NCBI GenBank assembly: GCA_022703645.1
Contig: JAKLDG010000001.1
Location: 274,814-338,813 of the forward strand
Direction: 5' to 3'
DNA: 64,000 bases
DNA from: Patescibacteria group bacterium
Lineage (GTDB): Bacteria; Patescibacteriota; JACPGU01
Shown here: piece after piece, positions 57,783-64,000 of the stretch
Numbering within the stretch: the first letter of the stretch is position 1
Layout of the letters: each line of letters opens with the position of its first letter
The notes under the pieces: model-generated
Seen by the model: the letters and a program-made list of their open reading frames with translations, nothing else
Database searches by the model: none
What the model was told of the DNA's origin: nothing
Made by a program: the position numbers and the translations under genes

Positions 57783-58178
57783 ATGCGATTAAACAACTTC
57801 CTTTGGATATTTGAAATACTAACCTGTGTATTTTGGGTTGTTTTTCTATCCATTTTATTTTTTATCAATCCCTATAATGCCAAAGCGGAGATTTTTATAC
57901 TATTTTTTATTAGTCTTTTAATTGCGCTTGCCGGTACTTGGACGATTACCGAGTTTCGATTAGTTACGAAATATCGTGGAATGGATGCATTAAACCGAAA
58001 GCTTTCAAATTCATTCCGTCATGGCTTTATGACTTCACTTGTTATTTCGGGGTTACTATTTATGCAAGGATTGAGGGTTTTGAAAGTTTGGGACGCTGTG
58101 ATGTTTGTTTTGGCAATAGCGCTTTTTGAGGCATACTTTTTGACGAGAGGCAATTTTATGTCAGGTGAAAATAAATAA
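57783..58178 (+). CDS. Hypothetical integral membrane protein
   Basis: Four predicted TM segments. Confidence 0.4.
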   Translation: MRLNNFLWIFEILTCVFWVVFLSILFFINPYNAKAEIFILFFISLLIALAGTWTITEFRLVTKYRGMDALNRKLSNSFRHGFMTSLVISGLLFMQGLRVLKVWDAVMFVLAIALFEAYFLTRGNFMSGENK

Positions 58179-58183
58179 CCGCA

Positions 58184-59236
58184 ATGGATTTAGAAGAAAT
58201 CAAACAACAATTTATAGATGCACTTTCGAAAGTTGGGTCTGAAAAGGATTTGGCCGAACTTGAAGTTGAATTTCTTGGGCGCAAAGGTAAATTAACAACC
58301 GTTTTAAAGGGCTTATCTGATTTAACGATTGTTGAAAAAAAGAGAATAGGTGGAGCTGCGAATGAATTGAAAGAATTTATCGCAGAAGAATTTAGAATAA
58401 AAAATTTAGAATTTAGAATGAAGAAATGGGAGTTGATAGGCGAACAGGAAAAACAAGATATTAATAGTATTATTCCAGATTCTAGATTCCAGATTCCACC
58501 TTCGACCCTCGGCCACATTCATCCTATTTCAAATTTCCTATTCAAAATTAACCGTGTTTTTGAAGAAATGGAATATGAAGTAGTCGATGGTTACGAGATA
58601 GAGACTGATTACTATAATTTTACTGCTCTTGGAACACATCTAGACCATCCCGCACGTGACGAACAGGACACATTTTATATAAAAGATCTCGAACATCCTG
58701 ATAAAAAAGACTTGCTTTTACGAACTCAAACTTCCGCAATGCAGGTTCGATACATGAAAAAACATCCGCTTCCAATAAAAATTATTATACCTGGAAAAAC
58801 CTACCGCAGAGATAATGATGCAACACATTCTCCGATGTTTCACCAATTTGAAGGTTTGGTAGTAGGGGAAGGTATCACTTTGGGAGATTTGAAAAGTACA
58901 CTAATGATTGCGATGAAAAAGCTTCTTGGCGAAAATACAAAGATTCGTTTTCGAAGTAGTTACTTTCCTTTTGTTGAGCCGGGGCTAGAGGTAGATGTTA
59001 CTTGTGCGATTTGTAAAGGTTCAGGATGCAATGTCTGTAAAAACACTGGTTGGCTGGAATTGCTTGGAGCTGGAATGGTTCATCCTGATGTTTTGAAGGC
59101 TGGCGGAATAGACAGCGAAAAATATTCCGGGTTTGCATTTGGAACAGGAGTAGAGAGAATGGTTATGGTAAAACACGCAATCCCTTCGTTAAAATTACTT
59201 TATGAAAACGATATCAGATTTCTGGAACAGTTTTAA
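58184..59236 (+). CDS. pheS: Phenylalanine--tRNA ligase alpha subunit
   Basis: class II motifs; FPFVEPG...GAGMVHP. Confidence 0.9.
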   Translation: MDLEEIKQQFIDALSKVGSEKDLAELEVEFLGRKGKLTTVLKGLSDLTIVEKKRIGGAANELKEFIAEEFRIKNLEFRMKKWELIGEQEKQDINSIIPDSRFQIPPSTLGHIHPISNFLFKINRVFEEMEYEVVDGYEIETDYYNFTALGTHLDHPARDEQDTFYIKDLEHPDKKDLLLRTQTSAMQVRYMKKHPLPIKIIIPGKTYRRDNDATHSPMFHQFEGLVVGEGITLGDLKSTLMIAMKKLLGENTKIRFRSSYFPFVEPGLEVDVTCAICKGSGCNVCKNTGWLELLGAGMVHPDVLKAGGIDSEKYSGFAFGTGVERMVMVKHAIPSLKLLYENDIRFLEQF

Positions 59237-59239
59237 AAA

Positions 59240-59800
59240 ATGAAGAAATATATTAAAAAGAAAAAAAAGCAGATAAGGAGGGTCTTCTGGCGGGCATTTC
59301 TGGTTACGTGGTTTTTTGCTTTCATCTTTGTTACCGCAACGATTTACACATATTTTCTGCGCCAAATTGAGATGTCAAAAGCGCCATTTGAAGGTAAAAA
59401 CACTCTGGGTGAATGTTTGATACTGCCAGAAAATAGCATGAGAAGTATTTGTTTAATAAGACTGACTGACAACGAGCTTTTCAAAAATGGTTCGCAAGTT
59501 TGTGAGACTGTATGGCAATGGAGAGGAGGAGGCAGCCATGATATGTTGAACAATTGTTATACGAGAGCCGCAAGATATCTTAAAAATCCCGAGCTTTGCA
59601 AAAATCTTAAAAAATATGGATTTAATACAAACCCAATGTATAATCCCGATGGTTATGATAGTAAATGCTTGAGCGAAAGCTTCAGCGTCTTAACCAATGC
59701 TGAATTTGAAAACCTAAAACTGGATGGTATATGTAATAACCTGCGCTGGCGCTATGATAATGAGAAAAACGCATGTTTAGCAAAATTTAGAAGTATTTAA
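59240..59800 (+). CDS. Hypothetical Cys-rich membrane-anchored/secreted protein between pheS and pheT
   Basis: N-terminal TM helix and 10 Cys. Confidence 0.4.
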   Translation: MKKYIKKKKKQIRRVFWRAFLVTWFFAFIFVTATIYTYFLRQIEMSKAPFEGKNTLGECLILPENSMRSICLIRLTDNELFKNGSQVCETVWQWRGGGSHDMLNNCYTRAARYLKNPELCKNLKKYGFNTNPMYNPDGYDSKCLSESFSVLTNAEFENLKLDGICNNLRWRYDNEKNACLAKFRSI

Positions 59801-59807
59801 TTATAGA

Positions 59808-62210
59808 ATGAAATTTTCATACAACTGGTTGAAACAATTAGTAGACTTTAATAAGACTCCGCAAGAATTGGCGGATGATTTAAGTTGCAAATCAATAGAA
59901 ATTGAAAATATTGAGAAATTTGGCGGGGATTTCTTGGACACTATTGTGGTTGGGCAGATTTTAGAGATTAATAAGCATCCAAACGCGGATAAACTGCAGA
60001 TAACCAAAACAGATATAGGGTCGCAAACATTGCAAATTGTCTGTGGCGCCCCAAATATTGCCGTTGGACAAAAGGTTCCGGTTGCTCTAATCGGTACAAA
60101 GCTTCCTATGGGTGAGATCAAACAGGCTAAAATTCGCGATATTGAATCATTTGGAATGCTTTGCGCTCAAGATGAATTAGGAATCGGAAACGATCATACA
60201 GGCATAATGATCCTGGATCCTGATTTACCTCTCGGTAAAAAATTATCAGAAATCTATGGTGATTGGGTTTTGGATGGGAATATTCTTTCAAATAGAGGGG
60301 ATTTACAAAACCATATGCAATTAGCAAGAGAAATCGGGGCGATATATGGAAAGGAAATTAAAGAAATTCAAAATATTGAAAATTGGAAATTGGAAATTGA
60401 GAATTCGGGTCCTGTGGATGTTCAGATTAATAATCTAGAGGCCTGCCCTTTGTATACAGCCCAGGCCATTAAAGGGATTAAGATAGGCCCGTCCCCAACA
60501 TGGATGCAGCAAAAACTTCTGGCTTGCGGGATGAAACCGATCAATAATGTCGTCGATATCACGAATTATGTGATGTTAGAATATGGCAATCCTCTGCATG
60601 CTTTTGATGCGAAGAAAATTCCAACCATAGAAACACAAGGCAATTATCCTAAAAAACATCAAATAGTTGTTCGCCTTAGCAAAAAGGGTGAAGTGATCCG
60701 AACGCTGGATGGGCAGGATCATGAGCTGCCGGAAGAGCTTTTGGTAATTGCAGACCATGAAAAACCGATTGCGGTAGCGGGCGTAATGGGCGGGGAAAAT
60801 TCTGAAATTGACGAAACCACATCAATCGTGATTTTAGAATCAGCTAATTTTAATCAGAAATACATTCGTAAATCTCAAAGAGAGCTTGGACTTGCTACGG
60901 AAGCTTCCAGCAGATTCGCGAAAGACCTTTCGCCATATCTCGCTTTCCAATGTCTGCAGCGTGCTGCAGAGCTTCTTGTTGAATTAGCCAGTGGGGAATT
61001 GATTGGCGGACCGGTTAAGGCAGGAGCATTCTCTTTTGAAAAAAGAATCGTTAAATTTGACTATGAAAAAATTAGAAACTATCTTTCAATGGATATTTCT
61101 AAAGAAGAATCTATAAAAATACTAAAAAATCTTGGATTTGAAATTGATGGAAATGATATTTCAGTGCCGCTTTGGAGAAAAGATGTAGGTATCTGGCAGG
61201 ATATTGCAGAAGAGGTCGGCAGAATTTATGGGCTCGATCGTTCAAAAGAGCACGAATTATCAATTCAAATAGAACCAAAAACTGAAAAAGCTTTATATTT
61301 TGAACAATCCGCCAAGAAATATCTTGCTTCTCTTGGCTTAACCGAGATTTATACATTGTCTATTCTATCTTCAGAAACCGCGGAAAAATCGAAGATTCTG
61401 GGACACTATTTTGAGATTTCAAACCCCATGAACGAATATGATTATATTATGAGATCATCTCTCGTTCCGGGGCTATTGGCTGTTGCATCTAATAACGCAA
61501 AGAAATTTGAACGGTTTAGTTTTTTTGAATTATCAAAAATCTATTTGCCATCCGATAAAGAAGAGGCGCCATCTAGAGAGAATAGAATGCTTTCACTCTT
61601 AGTTTACGGAGAAAAGAATGAAGATGGGATATTGATACTTAAAAACTATATCGATCATTTTGCTGGTGCTTATGGATTAAATTTTCAATACGAAAACGAT
61701 GCAAAACCAAAGGAGTTTATGCATCCCGGAAGATGCGCCAAGGTAATATATAAAGAGGAAGTGATTGGAAACATATTTGAAGTTCATCCAATTGTGTCTG
61801 AAAACCTTGATCTGAAGAATAGATGTTGCGTAGCCGAGATCAATTTTGAAGCTTTTGTTGACGATGCGCTTGACGTTGAAAACAGATTTGCCGAAGAACC
61901 ATCGGAGGTGATTTATAAAGAATTCTCCCGTTTTGAGGTTAGCAAGCGTGATATTGCCGTGGTAGTTGATGTGGGTACGAATACTATTGATATAATCAAA
62001 GAAATAAAGAACACAGACGAAAAAGTTGTCGGTGCAGAATTATTCGATGAATATGTTTCGGACAAATTTGGCGCTGGAAAAAAATCCGTAGCTTATCATC
62101 TCACTTTTCAAGCATCAGATAGAACGCTGAATGATACAGAGGCGAATGAGCTATTTGATAAAGTCTTAAAAATATTAAGTAACAAATTTAATGCAGAATT
62201 AAGGAGGTAA
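59808..62210 (+). CDS. pheT: Phenylalanine--tRNA ligase beta subunit
   Basis: 800 aa with an N-terminal tRNA-binding domain, B3/4 and B5. Confidence 0.9.
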   Translation: MKFSYNWLKQLVDFNKTPQELADDLSCKSIEIENIEKFGGDFLDTIVVGQILEINKHPNADKLQITKTDIGSQTLQIVCGAPNIAVGQKVPVALIGTKLPMGEIKQAKIRDIESFGMLCAQDELGIGNDHTGIMILDPDLPLGKKLSEIYGDWVLDGNILSNRGDLQNHMQLAREIGAIYGKEIKEIQNIENWKLEIENSGPVDVQINNLEACPLYTAQAIKGIKIGPSPTWMQQKLLACGMKPINNVVDITNYVMLEYGNPLHAFDAKKIPTIETQGNYPKKHQIVVRLSKKGEVIRTLDGQDHELPEELLVIADHEKPIAVAGVMGGENSEIDETTSIVILESANFNQKYIRKSQRELGLATEASSRFAKDLSPYLAFQCLQRAAELLVELASGELIGGPVKAGAFSFEKRIVKFDYEKIRNYLSMDISKEESIKILKNLGFEIDGNDISVPLWRKDVGIWQDIAEEVGRIYGLDRSKEHELSIQIEPKTEKALYFEQSAKKYLASLGLTEIYTLSILSSETAEKSKILGHYFEISNPMNEYDYIMRSSLVPGLLAVASNNAKKFERFSFFELSKIYLPSDKEEAPSRENRMLSLLVYGEKNEDGILILKNYIDHFAGAYGLNFQYENDAKPKEFMHPGRCAKVIYKEEVIGNIFEVHPIVSENLDLKNRCCVAEINFEAFVDDALDVENRFAEEPSEVIYKEFSRFEVSKRDIAVVVDVGTNTIDIIKEIKNTDEKVVGAELFDEYVSDKFGAGKKSVAYHLTFQASDRTLNDTEANELFDKVLKILSNKFNAELRR

Positions 62211-62214
62211 ATAT

Positions 62215-62613
62215 ATGGCGGAAATATTACCATTTAAAAAGGCTGAACATAAAAATGATGGTTATGACAATGGCTTTTTATTTATCTTATCAGCTATTAA
62301 TAAAGCAATAGAAGATGAAAGTATTACTGACTTAAGCAATATAAAAGATATTATTAATCAAAGCAATGATACTAAGGAGCTTTTAGCAGTAGAAAACGCG
62401 CTTAACAGCAAACTCAACAATCTAAGGTTAAAAATGGCTGAATTAGATAGATCTGGAAGAAAATATAGGGATATTCATGCAAAGTTTGATAAAATAACTG
62501 CAATTTTAGTAATATTAAGTAAGAAAATAAGTGAAACTCCTTTTATTGAGAGGGCCGGGAATGTTATTAGTCTTGAAGAAAGAAGAAAAATGAAATCTGA
62601 CAAAGGTATTTAA
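62215..62613 (+). CDS. Hypothetical coiled-coil protein
   Basis: ORF only. Confidence 0.35.
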   Translation: MAEILPFKKAEHKNDGYDNGFLFILSAINKAIEDESITDLSNIKDIINQSNDTKELLAVENALNSKLNNLRLKMAELDRSGRKYRDIHAKFDKITAILVILSKKISETPFIERAGNVISLEERRKMKSDKGI

Positions 62614-62634
62614 AATCATTAATCATATAACATT

Positions 62635-63963
62635 ATGGAAAGAATTTTATCATCAAAAATTTCTGAAAGCACAGGTAAAACGGCAAAAATGTGTGGCTGG
62701 GTTCATGCCCGCAGAGATCATGGCAAATTGATTTTTATTGATCTACGTGATAAAGATGGACTTACTCAAGTCGTTTTTGTTCCAAGTGAAAAAGAGGCAT
62801 ATGCGGTTGGCGGGAGTCTGCACCCGGAATATGTAGTTGAAATTGAAGGCGAAGTCAACGCACGGCCTGATAATATGATAAACGACAAGATTATATCCGG
62901 AAAGGTTGAACTATTGGCAAAAAAGATATCTATCATTGGTACAGCGAAAGAGATACCTTTTGAGCTTGGAACAAACCTACAGATTGATACATATCTGGAC
63001 AATCTTCCATTTACTTTACGCGATGAAAAAGCCCAAGCTATTTTTCGTGTTCAATCAGTCGTGATAAAAGCATTCCGAGACTTCCTGAACTCTCAAGGTT
63101 TTACTGAATTTCAAGCGCCAAAATTAATCGGTGATGATGCGGAAGGCGGAGCAAACTCATTTAATGTCGAATATTTCGGACACACAGTTCATCTGGCTCA
63201 AAGCCCACAGCTTTACAAACAAATTATGGTTGGGGTTTTTGAAAGAGTATTTGCGACCGGCAATGTGTATCGAGCAGAGAAACACAGTACTTCGCGTCAT
63301 ATTAATGAATACACGAGTATGGATTTCGAGATGGGATTTATCGAAACCCATGAAGATGTAATGAAAATGGAAAATGATTTTTTGGCATACACTATTGATA
63401 TTCTGAAAAAAGAATGTGCGAAAGAATTTGAATTATTGGGCGCAGATATACCGATTGTTCCAACTGAAATTCCAAAAATGAAATTAAGAGAAGCCCAAGC
63501 TATTATTAAAGAAAAATATGGAGAAGATTGCTTAAGGGCGCCCGATCTTGATCCTCAACATGAAAGGTGGCTATGCGAATATTCACGCGAAACATTTGGC
63601 AGTGATTTTATTTTCATTACTCATTTTCCGATAACAAAACGGCCTTTTTATACGATGGAAGATTCCGCTGATCCCGGTTATGCAAAGGGTTTCGACTTGC
63701 TATTTAGAGGAGTTGAAATCACTACTGGGGCACAAAGAATTCACGATTATGATACTTTGGTAAGATCATTAGAGGGCAGGGGAATGCCAGTAGATAATTT
63801 CAGTTTCTATCTAGAAGCTTTCAAATATGGAATGCCTCCACATGGTGGTCTTGGGTTTGGGCTTGAAAGGTTTACGGCAAAATTACTGAATTTAGATAAT
63901 ATTAAAATGGCTACTCTTTTCCCTCGGGACCTAAACAGAATAGACGTTTTGCTATCAAAATAA
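62635..63963 (+). CDS. aspS: Class IIb aminoacyl-tRNA synthetase, archaeal/eukaryotic-type aspartate--tRNA ligase (possibly asparagine--tRNA ligase)
   Basis: 442 aa, which is short for bacterial-type AspRS. Anticodon-binding OB fold, then class II motifs FRVQSVVIKAFRDFL, GGANSF, GFGLERF. Confidence 0.75.
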   Translation: MERILSSKISESTGKTAKMCGWVHARRDHGKLIFIDLRDKDGLTQVVFVPSEKEAYAVGGSLHPEYVVEIEGEVNARPDNMINDKIISGKVELLAKKISIIGTAKEIPFELGTNLQIDTYLDNLPFTLRDEKAQAIFRVQSVVIKAFRDFLNSQGFTEFQAPKLIGDDAEGGANSFNVEYFGHTVHLAQSPQLYKQIMVGVFERVFATGNVYRAEKHSTSRHINEYTSMDFEMGFIETHEDVMKMENDFLAYTIDILKKECAKEFELLGADIPIVPTEIPKMKLREAQAIIKEKYGEDCLRAPDLDPQHERWLCEYSRETFGSDFIFITHFPITKRPFYTMEDSADPGYAKGFDLLFRGVEITTGAQRIHDYDTLVRSLEGRGMPVDNFSFYLEAFKYGMPPHGGLGFGLERFTAKLLNLDNIKMATLFPRDLNRIDVLLSK

Positions 63964-64000
63964 AACAGACCCCAAAAAAGATTGACAGCTAAGCGAAAAA

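Overview
This is an AT-rich window (roughly one-third GC by eye) from a bacterial genome that looks CPR/Patescibacteria-like. The clues are no rpmD between rpsE and rplO, a short archaeal-type class IIb AspRS, and Lys/Gly-rich extensions on ribosomal proteins. It has three parts. (1) Positions 1-11.1 kb are an accessory island. Ten single-gene 'cassettes' of unrelated function, mixed orientation and heterogeneous GC are separated by ten same-orientation copies of a modular 200-450 bp repeat. The repeat's ~110-nt core folds as a three-way junction whose closing stem keeps its pairing through compensatory base changes. Three cassette ORFs start with the same 'MT(D/E)..WP' leader, which comes from the repeat itself. 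One cassette is flanked by a perfect 27-bp terminal inverted repeat. The island is followed by an R-M module, a tyrosine recombinase and an IS200/RAYT-like HUH transposase that carries an internal REP-like palindrome. (2) Positions 15-20.7 kb hold obg, a promoter-to-terminator operon of a radical SAM/SPASM enzyme and an unannotated 39-aa Cys/Asp-rich peptide, then a HEXXH protein (a RiPP-like cluster), a GT2 glycosyltransferase and a SprT-like peptidase. (3) Positions 21-64 kb hold the core information-processing genes: rpoB-rpoC; rpsL-rpsG-[PRTase-like insert]-fusA; tuf; the S10-spc operons with a membrane-protein gene inserted between rplR and rpsE; secY-adk-map-infA-rpmJ; rpsM-rpsK-rpsD-rpoA-rplQ; rplM-rpsI-rbfA; a ~1-kb GC-rich ORF-free transcription unit (candidate large structured ncRNA); pheS-[Cys-rich ORF]-pheT; and an archaeal-type aspS. 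A family of AT-rich 'CAATTTTCAATTG'-word palindromic elements and REP-like GTAGGGGCG hairpins sits in intergenic sites of the conserved operons. The six-frame ORF track uses TTG/GTG as alternative starts, so several listed starts are probably too far upstream; I adjusted them where an ATG with a better context was visible.
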